This document shows positions 33,157 to 41,835 of a DNA stretch of 64,000 bases, piece after piece. The notes beneath the pieces were generated by a model. The model saw only the letters and a list, made by a program, of their open reading frames with translations, did not search any database and was not told the origin of the DNA. Within the stretch, counting starts at the first letter, position 1; every line of letters starts with the position of its first letter. The DNA comes from Microcoleus sp. (GTDB lineage Bacteria; Cyanobacteriota; Cyanobacteriia; Cyanobacteriales; Microcoleaceae). Location of the stretch: the NCBI GenBank assembly GCA_052279835.1, contig CP181291.1:6112001-6176000 (forward strand). The letters are read 5' to 3'. The position numbers and the translations under genes are program-made.

Positions 33157-35961
33157 ATGAATGATAACGACTTAAATGAATTAATAGATGCTTTTATCGC
33201 TGAAACCCAAGAGTTTCTGCAATCAATGGAGAGCAACTTATTGGGGATGGAATCTGGTGATTTAAAACAACGAGAAGCCGCAGTAAAAGAAATGTTTCGA
33301 GCGGCTCACTCCATCAAAGGTGCTGGTTCAATGTTGGGGTTTAACAACGTATCTGTCGCAGCTCACGCTCTGGAGGACTGTTTTGTCATTTTTCGCGATC
33401 GCACAGACTTGTCAGCCCTAGAACAGACAACAGTAACTCTATTGCTACAAGGTGTGGATGCTCTCAAAAAAATTACTACCGAATCAATTCACCACTCCGA
33501 TGTCAGCAGTCCCGATCAAACAGAAAACTTGGAGATAATCGCCCAAATTCAACTTCAATTCGAGCATCTATACGGCAGGCCAGAACCACCGGCAGTTCCG
33601 GTAATCAGCAAATCCCCCGCCCCAGAAACCCTGAAATTGATTTTTGAACACGAATTACCACCAGTCTTAAATCGCCTAGAAACCGAACTTTCCCAAGCTT
33701 CAGAGGCTGATTTAGCAACCAGCGTCACCGCACTCAACCAGGTTTATTACCAACTCTCCGGTTTAGCTGGAATGTTGCAATTGCCAGACTTTGGGAAAGT
33801 TGCCGAACCCCTCAGAGATTTGATCGACTCCAAGGATTTAACACTAGAACAGTTGCAATCCCAGGGTTGGGCGATTGCTCAAAACCTACAAACCGCACGT
33901 CAGCAAATATTAGCAGGAAAGGCGATCGCCCCCCCCAAAATCTCCCCCCCCACTCAGGAAGAAAGCCAACCAGAACCCAAAACCAAGGACACCCACGCAC
34001 CATCCACCGCCCCTACACAATCCTCAGTCCCCAACCCCCAGCGCCCCACAATCCGAGTAGACTTAGAACGCTTGACAGAATTAGTCAATCTAGTTGGGGA
34101 ATTAGTCATCAACCGTACCAACTTAGAACTTCAAGAATCCGAACTCCGCAGCGAAGTCAAGCGCATCCGTCGCAGTATTATCGATTTGAACCAATTCGGC
34201 GGTCAGTTGCGAGAAGAATATGACAGGATGAGCTTTGGAGACTGGAAAAGTGCCCATGACAACCTAGGAATCGGAAAATTTGCAGAACTAAACCAAGAAA
34301 TTCCCACCATTACTAACGGCAAATCCTCTAGACCCAATTCTCACTTTGATGTCTTAGAAATGGATCAATACACAGAGTTCCACTCTACAGCCTCTGAAGT
34401 GATCGAAACCACCGAAGCAATTGCTCAATCTGCCACCAAATTAGACTCCTTATCCATGAGATTCGAGCGCAGTATCGACCAACTGCGCCGCATCACCGAA
34501 CAACTACGCAGTCGCGTCATGCAGTTGCGAGTAGTCAGTTTCAGTCGCGCCGTCGATCATTTGCCACGAGCACTCAGGGATATGTGTCTCACCTATGATA
34601 AAGATGTCAATCTGCTGCTGTTAGGACGCGATACCAAAATTGACGAAAGTTTGCTAGATGCTTTGCGCGACCCCTTGGTACATCTAGTGAGAAATGCTTT
34701 TGACCACGGCATTGAAATGCCAGAAATTCGGCAGCAAATGGGCAAGCCAGCCAGCGGTCAAATTGAAATAGAAGCGCGACACCAAGGGGGTCAAACTATT
34801 ATCACTGTCGCCGATGATGGTAAAGGTATTGACCCGGAAATCATTCGCCACAAAATTGTGAAAAAGGGTTTGGCCACAGAGGAACAAGCCGAAGATTTTT
34901 CGATTGCGGAACTCTACGATTTTCTATTTTGGCCTGGTTTCAGCACAGTCGAAGAAGTGAGCGACCTTTCAGGGCGGGGAGTTGGCCTAGACGTGGTACG
35001 AGCGAATTTGCGGACGGTTCGAGGCACTGTAAAGGTGGATTCTCGCCTGGGAAAAGGCACGAGTTTTATCATCAAACTGCCACTTTTACTGTCGATTACT
35101 GACGCCTTGATGGTGAAGACCGATCGCAATAAAATAGCAGTACCACTGGATGCAGTCGAGGAAATTCTCCACATCAAAGCCTCCGAAGTGCACACCGCCG
35201 GAAATCAGCCCATGCTGTGGTGGCGGGAGGAATTTATTCGTTTAGTGCGACTCCAAGACTTGCTCGAATATAGCGTTTTAGGCCCCGATGCCCCCTCTCC
35301 TGACCCTTTAACCCAAGACCACATTCCGGTGCTAGTCTTAGCTTCTAGCGAAGGAATGCTAGCGGTTGCCGTGGAACGGCTCATCGGTCAGCAGGAAATT
35401 GTGGTAAAACCCTTACCATCGCCTCTGTCTAAGCCTCGCGGGGTTTTGGGAAGTACGATTTTAGGAGACGGGCGAGTGGTGACTATTTTGGATGTGGATG
35501 ATTTGGTGGGCCAACCCTCAGCAAATAGTTCGATCGCCTCTGTGTCTGGTAAAGTACCACATTTAGCACCAACTTCGAGTCATGCACCGCAAATTTTAGT
35601 GGTAGACGATTCCTATACAATTCGGCAATTGCTGTCATTGATGCTGACGAGAGCTCGCTATCGAGTAGTGCAGGCCAAGGACGGCTTGGACGCCCTGGAA
35701 AAGTTGCAAAACGGTCTCGATTGCAGTTTAGCGATTGTGGATATTGAAATGCCCCGGATGGATGGATTTGAATTTTTGCGATCGCTGCGATCGACCCAAC
35801 GGTTTGCTAAAATTCCCGTAGCCATGCTCACCTCCCGCAGCGGTGAAAAACACCGCCAAATGGCAATGGAACTAGGCGCAAATCAATACTTCACCAAACC
35901 TTACAGCGAAGCCCAACTTTTAGAAGCCATCCCCAAATTAATCAAACATCAAACAATATGA
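33157..35961 (+). CDS. cheA: Hybrid CheA histidine kinase (Hpt, degenerate second Hpt, dimerisation, HATPase, CheW, REC)
   Basis: FRAAHSIKG; second Hpt-like VYYQLSG lacks His; HLVRNAFDHG, DDGKG, SGRGVGLDVV; C-terminal receiver. Confidence 0.93.
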   Translation: MNDNDLNELIDAFIAETQEFLQSMESNLLGMESGDLKQREAAVKEMFRAAHSIKGAGSMLGFNNVSVAAHALEDCFVIFRDRTDLSALEQTTVTLLLQGVDALKKITTESIHHSDVSSPDQTENLEIIAQIQLQFEHLYGRPEPPAVPVISKSPAPETLKLIFEHELPPVLNRLETELSQASEADLATSVTALNQVYYQLSGLAGMLQLPDFGKVAEPLRDLIDSKDLTLEQLQSQGWAIAQNLQTARQQILAGKAIAPPKISPPTQEESQPEPKTKDTHAPSTAPTQSSVPNPQRPTIRVDLERLTELVNLVGELVINRTNLELQESELRSEVKRIRRSIIDLNQFGGQLREEYDRMSFGDWKSAHDNLGIGKFAELNQEIPTITNGKSSRPNSHFDVLEMDQYTEFHSTASEVIETTEAIAQSATKLDSLSMRFERSIDQLRRITEQLRSRVMQLRVVSFSRAVDHLPRALRDMCLTYDKDVNLLLLGRDTKIDESLLDALRDPLVHLVRNAFDHGIEMPEIRQQMGKPASGQIEIEARHQGGQTIITVADDGKGIDPEIIRHKIVKKGLATEEQAEDFSIAELYDFLFWPGFSTVEEVSDLSGRGVGLDVVRANLRTVRGTVKVDSRLGKGTSFIIKLPLLLSITDALMVKTDRNKIAVPLDAVEEILHIKASEVHTAGNQPMLWWREEFIRLVRLQDLLEYSVLGPDAPSPDPLTQDHIPVLVLASSEGMLAVAVERLIGQQEIVVKPLPSPLSKPRGVLGSTILGDGRVVTILDVDDLVGQPSANSSIASVSGKVPHLAPTSSHAPQILVVDDSYTIRQLLSLMLTRARYRVVQAKDGLDALEKLQNGLDCSLAIVDIEMPRMDGFEFLRSLRSTQRFAKIPVAMLTSRSGEKHRQMAMELGANQYFTKPYSEAQLLEAIPKLIKHQTI

Positions 35962-36122
35962 TTAACGAACCGCGAAGACACAAAGAGCGCGAAGAAAGAA
36001 CAGCATTTTCTTCCTTCCCCCTGATTCCTTCCCCCTGATTCCTTCCCCCCTTGGGGGGGGTAGGGGGGGGTTCTTCTTCCTTCTTCCTTCTTCCTTCTTC
36101 CTTCTTCCTTCTTCCTTCTCCT

Positions 36123-36599
36123 ATGACTCACGCCAACTACAATCGCCGCTTCCGCAACCAGAAACAAACAAATGCCAGATCCCCTGCCCGCAAATTAGTT
36201 TCCTTTGACCTAGGCAGCGTTTATTATGCTGTTCCGATTGAACGAGTACAGCGCGTTGTCAAAGACTTTAATCCCTACGGTTTTTTAGATAGTGGTAATA
36301 GTTTAGTCAGGCATCAGGAAGAACTAATTACGCTAATTGATTTATCTAAAATATTTAAATCCACTAAAAGTATGGCTGACTGCAACTACCTAATTGTTTG
36401 CACTTTCAATCAAGGCGAGCGCTTGGGAATTCCCATTCCTGATATGCCGAAGATTTTAGAAATTTCCGAAGCAGCTTTTTGTGAAATTCCCCTATTGTAC
36501 CGCCAACAGCAACTACCTGCGGCTGTTGAAAAATTAATTCGCGCACCGGATGGTTCCGAAGTCTTTTATTTAAATTTGGATTTATTTAGTTCAATTTAG
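36123..36599 (+). CDS. Second CheW-like protein
   Basis: LVSFDLGSVYYAVPIERVQRVV, ITLIDL, LGIPI; follows cheA. The upstream ORF extension is repeat-derived. Confidence 0.75.
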   Translation: MTHANYNRRFRNQKQTNARSPARKLVSFDLGSVYYAVPIERVQRVVKDFNPYGFLDSGNSLVRHQEELITLIDLSKIFKSTKSMADCNYLIVCTFNQGERLGIPIPDMPKILEISEAAFCEIPLLYRQQQLPAAVEKLIRAPDGSEVFYLNLDLFSSI

Positions 36600-36658
36600 C
36601 TCAGTTATAACATAGAATATAAATGGTATTTTGTCAACGATATATGAAAAAAAATACA

Positions 36659-37264
36659 ATGAAAAAAATTACAATATTGTCGATCGCCCTACTAACTTTT
36701 GCAGTAACTCCAGAGTTTCCGCAAGTGGGACTGTCTTTAAGTGCGATCGGCCAACCAAAAACTCCCCAACCACCCAAAAAAGACGACCCCAAAAACCTCG
36801 GCTACGTCTCCCCCGAATTTGCCGAAAAGGTGTCCCAACAAGAAATTGAGCAAATCAACGCCAACGTCGAAACCCTGCTGCTAACTCAAAGCTGCATCCG
36901 CTGCGACCTCCGAGGTATAAAGTTAGTTAACCTTACTTTAAAAAACCCGATCGTTACCGGAGCAGATTTATCAGACGCCAACCTCAGCGGAGGAACTTTC
37001 GAGTTAGCAGATTTTGTCAACACTAACCTAGCACGCACCGACTTAAGCGGTTCAGTTTTAATAGGAGCCAGAATCAGCAATACTAATCTCAGGAAAGCTA
37101 ACTTGACAAATACTAATTTAGATGGTGCTGACTTGCGCTTTGCTGATTTGAGAGATGCCAATCTTTCTAATACCAACCTCCGCAATGCTAACATGGATGG
37201 TGCTAGTTTGGATCGAGCCAGTATGGGAGGCACAACTATGCCCGATGGCAGGAAAAATCAATAA
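36659..37264 (+). CDS. Pentapeptide repeat protein with signal peptide
   Basis: CIRCDL followed by A(D/N)Lxx repeats; hydrophobic N-terminus; start could also be 36644 or 36623. Confidence 0.85.
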   Translation: MKKITILSIALLTFAVTPEFPQVGLSLSAIGQPKTPQPPKKDDPKNLGYVSPEFAEKVSQQEIEQINANVETLLLTQSCIRCDLRGIKLVNLTLKNPIVTGADLSDANLSGGTFELADFVNTNLARTDLSGSVLIGARISNTNLRKANLTNTNLDGADLRFADLRDANLSNTNLRNANMDGASLDRASMGGTTMPDGRKNQ

Positions 37265-37292
37265 TATTAAATTCATCATTCCTGACGGCTAG

Positions 37293-38540
37293 CTATATTA
37301 ACCGCCATGCAATTAAAGCTGCTGTTTTACCTTTAGCCGCGATCGGTTCACAAGGTTCAACCCTTAGATTTTGTGACATCCTTTGATAAACAGCATCAGA
37401 AATAGTAATCGCACCACCAGGCGTGGCACTTTCTAAGCGTTTTGCTGTATTGACAACATCACCAATCACCGTATAAGTCCGAACATCTTCACCGCCAAAT
37501 AGCCCTTCAATAACGCTCCCGCAATGCACCCCGCATCCCGCACCAATTCCATATAATTCAAGCATTTCTAAAGCAGCTTTACTCATAGATTTAGCCGCAG
37601 CAATTCCCTGCTGTGGCGTAGCATAAATCGCCATAATTTCATCGGCGGTAAATGTTATTCTTAAAGGCTTAAACTGAGAAGCTGCTGGTTCAACACAGCG
37701 GTAATATTCATTGATAACCGCTGCAACTGTCTCAGGAGAAGTTTTTTCGCACCAACTTGTAAAACCGCGAATATCCATAAATAAAATCGTGCGATCGCAC
37801 TTTTGAAAAGCCAAACCTGCTGGATTATTAAGCGCTGTGTCTACTACATGACTCCCCATACCCCATTCTGCCATGTTTCCCAGTAGTTGAGCCGTTTTTT
37901 GTAGCTGCTTTCTCTGTTTGACAAGCTGTACCGACTGCAACCCTAAAAGCAAACCGATAAACACCATACTCCAACTAAGAAACCAGTGCGTTGCCGACCG
38001 TGAAAATGTCACTATCAATTCTAAATTAGCAATTAAATATTGAGACTTAATCCCAATCACAATATAAAAAGCTACCACCATCAGAGCCCTTACCAAACTT
38101 TCCAGTGGAATCAGCCAATAATCAATACCCTTAGCCCAATGGAATCGCAATCCTTGCAAAGTAGCAATCATCAGAGAAAATAACCAAAAGACAACGTGAC
38201 TAGGATTTTGGAAAAAATCTAGCCCGTCTATCGGCACATCAATCAGCGTATAGATACCAACGCAGATCAGGTTTCCCCAAAAACGGTGGCATTTCGAGTT
38301 CGACAGATACCAAGCCTGAACAAGCATTGCTACTATCAGTAAATATTCAGTTGGATCTGTGATAAATTTGAACAAACCAGCTAATATCAAGTCTGATAAA
38401 CTCTTCAGAATTAAAAAATGGCCGCTATTACTTAATACTTCACTGAGAAATGCACTGGTGCGGCTTCCTTGTAGCCGACTTTCCCATACATTTTTTGACT
38501 TGAGACTTGATTTTGCCGTTTCAATACTTCTATTTTTCAT
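37293..38540 (-). CDS. Membrane-bound class III nucleotide cyclase
   Basis: About 6 TM helices, then LFMDIRGFT, TFTADEIM, GVHCG, YTVIGDVVNTAKRLE. Confidence 0.85.
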   Translation of the reverse strand: MKNRSIETAKSSLKSKNVWESRLQGSRTSAFLSEVLSNSGHFLILKSLSDLILAGLFKFITDPTEYLLIVAMLVQAWYLSNSKCHRFWGNLICVGIYTLIDVPIDGLDFFQNPSHVVFWLFSLMIATLQGLRFHWAKGIDYWLIPLESLVRALMVVAFYIVIGIKSQYLIANLELIVTFSRSATHWFLSWSMVFIGLLLGLQSVQLVKQRKQLQKTAQLLGNMAEWGMGSHVVDTALNNPAGLAFQKCDRTILFMDIRGFTSWCEKTSPETVAAVINEYYRCVEPAASQFKPLRITFTADEIMAIYATPQQGIAAAKSMSKAALEMLELYGIGAGCGVHCGSVIEGLFGGEDVRTYTVIGDVVNTAKRLESATPGGAITISDAVYQRMSQNLRVEPCEPIAAKGKTAALIAWRLI

Positions 38541-38656
38541 CTTAATTAAAGGTCAGCGACCAGAGAATTATTGTATACCAGTCCCCCAAAAAAGATGCAA
38601 CTGTAGAGAGAATTAAAACCACGATATTCATCAGTCATTCCAGACAAAAAATGGTA

Positions 38657-39241
38657 TTAGCTATCTTCCTCTGTTGTTTGCGGGCGACGTTTCCGAAAAA
38701 TACCAGTCATATTGATTCCTGTTACCAGCAGAAAAATCACACCCAAACCCACCAAAAACACATAGATTGGCATCAAAAAATCTCCCAAATATTCTCCTTG
38801 GTGGATATTCAAAAAAACTTCTCCTACCTCTTTCGGCATCTTAAACCAGCTTCTGCCAACTCGGTAGATTACACCTGTCACCGTACTGACTGTTAAAGGC
38901 AATAAAATAATCGGTGCAGCAATACGGTGAACCTTACGAAAATCAAGTTTAGCACCTGGTCTTTCAGGGCGTGCGCCACCAAAAAATCTGGTCATCGTCA
39001 AACCAGTAACTATCAGCCCAATCACTCCCAAAGCCAGCAAAAGCACATAAAATGGTCTGAGTTCCTTTCCGAGATAGCTTCCTTGGTGAATCACCATGAA
39101 AATCTCAGCAGCATCACCTTCTATGCCAAACCAATCTTCTCCCAGCCGATAGGCAACACCAGTTAATGCACTCAATAGTAAAGGGATGAAAATAATCGGT
39201 GCAACTTGGCGGTGAAGTTTGCGAAAATTAATGCTAGCCAT
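38657..39241 (-). CDS. PepSY-associated TM-helix protein (internally duplicated)
   Basis: Two repeats of FRK(L/V)HRxxAPII..PL..S..TGVxYR.G...F..IHQG.YLG with conserved His. Confidence 0.8.
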   Translation of the reverse strand: MASINFRKLHRQVAPIIFIPLLLSALTGVAYRLGEDWFGIEGDAAEIFMVIHQGSYLGKELRPFYVLLLALGVIGLIVTGLTMTRFFGGARPERPGAKLDFRKVHRIAAPIILLPLTVSTVTGVIYRVGRSWFKMPKEVGEVFLNIHQGEYLGDFLMPIYVFLVGLGVIFLLVTGINMTGIFRKRRPQTTEEDS

Positions 39242-39433
39242 CTATTTATTCTCCTATTTGTTAGATGTTTTGTTGTTGACAAATTAGATATTCTTGGACG
39301 AACGGGTAGGCAGAAACCGGGTTTTTGCGAAAGATTTCGTTGCTACCCGCAGATTAGGTAAAAAACCCGGTTTCTTTGGTCGAAGTGGGTAAGTCCTGTT
39401 GTGAAAAACCAGGCTTCGGCGCAAATCCTAGCA

Positions 39434-40372
39434 TTATGAAAAAGTGAAATCAGCCGCGTTAATATTTGCAGAATTAACTCCTTTCAATACTGCCAAATAT
39501 TGACCCGTACTTGCTATCTGTAACAGAGTATCGCTAGCATAAATTCCACTTCCTTGAGTGATATTAATGTTAGCAAATCCTAAGCCATCTTTCAGCTTCA
39601 GTATGTCTGCGCCTTTTTGAAAGTCCGTGATGATATCAGCGATATCGAGAGTATTTGTAGCCGATCGCCCTTCTAGCTCAAATAAATCCAAACCCATGCC
39701 GCCGGTCAGAATATCTTTGCCCTTCCCTCCATCAAGGATATCATTTCCTGCACCGCCGCTAAGTGTGTCAAAACCCTTGCCGCCTTCTAGTTTATCATTG
39801 CCATTGCTGCCAGTCAGAATATCATTGCCCTTGCTTCCTTTTAAAGCAATATTATTGCCAAGAATTCCTGTCAAGTTGTCATCACTATCTGTACCTTTAA
39901 TCTCATTCTCGTAGAAACGGCCGTCACTTTCGTATCCATAATTACTAACACTCCCTGAAGTACCAGTTTGATAACCACTTTGGTATCCATCATTGCTGCT
40001 ACGATTTTGGTATCCATCGTTGCTGCTACTACTTATGTACCCAGAATTGCTGTTACCATTTTGGTATACATCATCGTTATTACTACTTTCGTAACGGCTG
40101 TCATCACCACTTTCGTAGCCAGAATTGCTGCTACCAATGTTGTAACGGCTGTCATCGCCACTTTCGTAGCCAGAATTGCTGTTACTAATGTTGTAACGGC
40201 TGTCATCACCACTTTCGTAGCCAGAATTGCTGTTACCACTTTCACCGCTTTCGCCACTTTCCCCAATTGAGAGTTGGTATCTCTCCGATGATGCTCGATC
40301 GACATCGATAGAATTATCTTGTGTCACGTATGATTGTCCCACGCCTGTCCAAATTTTAGTTTGGTTGCTCAT
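39434..40372 (-). CDS. RTX/haemolysin-type Ca-binding protein with TKIWxGxG N-terminus, (GES)3 and 17-aa repeats
   Basis: GGxGxDxL nonapeptides and DIITDF...D.L.L C-terminus; N-terminal MSNQTKIWTGVG; NSGYESGDDSRY three times. Confidence 0.85.
   Translation of the reverse strand: MSNQTKIWTGVGQSYVTQDNSIDVDRASSERYQLSIGESGESGESGNSNSGYESGDDSRYNISNSNSGYESGDDSRYNIGSSNSGYESGDDSRYESSNNDDVYQNGNSNSGYISSSSNDGYQNRSSNDGYQSGYQTGTSGSVSNYGYESDGRFYENEIKGTDSDDNLTGILGNNIALKGSKGNDILTGSNGNDKLEGGKGFDTLSGGAGNDILDGGKGKDILTGGMGLDLFELEGRSATNTLDIADIITDFQKGADILKLKDGLGFANINITQGSGIYASDTLLQIASTGQYLAVLKGVNSANINAADFTFS
40091..40236. repeat. 51-bp tandem repeat (about three copies) within the CDS
   Basis: GTAACGGCTGTCATC(A/G)CCACTTTCGTAGCCAGAATTGCTG at 40091, 40142 and 40193. 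Confidence 0.9.
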
Positions 40373-40420
40373 TTGTCAAATCCTGGTTGTTTAACTCGTC
40401 TACAATTACTGTGACAAAAC

Positions 40421-40441
40421 AAAGTAAAGAACTCGGAAAGA
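40421..40441 (-). promoter_or_regulatory. Putative response-regulator binding box, copy 1
   Basis: TCTTTCCGAGTTCTTTACTTT on the minus strand, 48 nt upstream of ATG 40372; identical to 41239-41259. Confidence 0.7.
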
Positions 40442-40480
40442 CATAAAATTTATTTCATCCGCCTCGAAAACCTCTTTAAC

Positions 40481-41153
40481 CTAAACATCAGCCCATTTTC
40501 GCAGCAAATTAGCAATGCTTTTGGATAGCAAGTCAAACTCCGCTGTCTTTCCCGACTTCTGAAAAAGGGTATCGCGAACCGTATCCAAATCAAAGAGAAT
40601 TTCTCGTTTGTGAGCATCCCGAACTAAACTCTGCACCCAAGTCACCGCCGCTAGTCTTTCACCTTCAGTGACAGGTTCCACACGATGTAAAGTTGTAGTA
40701 GGATAAACAACCATTGAACCAGCATCAAGTTTAAAAGCTTGTTCGCCTTGGGTACTTTCAATCACTAATTCCCCGCCCGTATAAGTTGCAGGATCGCTGA
40801 GAAATAGAGTGAGAGACAAATCCGATCGCATTAGTTCTTCATCTCCCATAATCGCATTATCAATATGTGTCCCGTAGTACATTCCTCCCTGATAGCGACT
40901 AAACATAATGGGACGAATTGCTTTAGGGCGCGCCGCTATTTGGAATAAAGAATTGCGTTTTAGTGCTTGATTGACTAAATTTCTGAGTTTCCTGAGTTGG
41001 AGCCGCATCATTTTTTAGTTGAGCATTATTTTTTACTTGTTGGGCGTACCAACCTGCTGTTAATTTCCCATCGACAAATTCAGCATTTTTTAGGCGATCG
41101 ATAATTAATCCTAATTCCTCTGAAGTCAGAATATTTGCCATACAGATAATCAT
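40481..41153 (-). pseudogene. piuC: Fe(II)/2-oxoglutarate-dependent dioxygenase (PiuC/YbiX, PKHD type), split by a +1 frameshift (real or assembly error)
   Basis: N-part FVDGKLTAGW...VKNNAQL; C-part YGTHIDN, RSDLSLTLFL, YTGGEL, LHRVEPVTEGER. Removing one base at 40988-40990 joins the two frames (TQE-LRNLV). Confidence 0.85.
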
Positions 41154-41238
41154 TGGGGACACTCCTACAGGTTGCTAATGGACTCGCATTGTAGCAATAA
41201 GGTAATGTCTATGCAAACAATTTTTAGAGGTTTTTGGT

Positions 41239-41259
41239 TCTTTCCGAGTTCTTTACTTT
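41239..41259 (+). promoter_or_regulatory. Putative response-regulator binding box, copy 2
   Basis: TCTTTCCGAGTTCTTTACTTT, with TCTTT(C/A)C repeated at an 11-bp period; GATAGT follows 7 nt later. Confidence 0.7.
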
Positions 41260-41280
41260 TTTCTGGGATAGTAGGAGTAA

Positions 41281-41397
41281 TACCAAATCCTGCCTTTTTA
41301 TCTCCTCTATGATTCGGCGGTTGAAACCGCTACTACACAAACGAAGTCCGCCGACGTGGACTAAGAAATAAAGGGGATTTTTAACCCGGATTTGGTA
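41281..41397. mobile_element. 117-bp MITE-like element
   Basis: Terminal inverted repeats TACCAAATCC/GGATTTGGTA, flanked by TAA on both sides (41278-41280, 41398-41400). Confidence 0.75.
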
Positions 41398-41426
41398 TAA
41401 TCACCCAGAATAAGGCTTTTTGAAAG

Positions 41427-41813
41427 ATGCAAAATAAAACTAAGATTTGGCTCGGCATTGGAGCTTGCGTTTTAACCTCTGTAGCTGCTAGTGCGATCGC
41501 ATCCCAGAATGATAGCAGTGTTAATCAATTTTCCCCTATTTCTCTTTTAAGTAATGCTGCTAATTCATCGATGAGCAACAGCAAGCCGGTTAAACCGATC
41601 GTCTTAATGAGTAGCAGTGGTGGCGAACAAGGAGAAAGCGGCGAAGGAAAAAAACCAAAACCCCGGAAAAAAAGTAGTTTTACTTCTGAATTTTTATTGA
41701 CAGATAGTAATGTCACAATGACAGCTTCCAAGGGCGGGGAAGGTGGAGAAAAAGGAGAAGAGGGAGAAAAAGGAGAAAGCGGTGAAAAAGGAGAATCTGG
41801 GAAGAAGAGTTAA
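41427..41813 (+). CDS. Small putatively secreted protein with TKIWLGIG N-terminus and Gly-Glu-X repeats
   Basis: Signal-peptide-like MQNKTKIWLGIGACVLTSVAASAIA; GGEQGESGEG and GGEGGEKGEEGEKGESGEKGESG blocks. Confidence 0.75.
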   Translation: MQNKTKIWLGIGACVLTSVAASAIASQNDSSVNQFSPISLLSNAANSSMSNSKPVKPIVLMSSSGGEQGESGEGKKPKPRKKSSFTSEFLLTDSNVTMTASKGGEGGEKGEEGEKGESGEKGESGKKS

Positions 41814-41835
41814 GGTTTTCTATTAATATCAACTC

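Noticed and set aside
40091..40236. 51-bp periodic repeat as a possible CRISPR array
   Set aside because: In-frame coding repeat with near-identical intervening sequence
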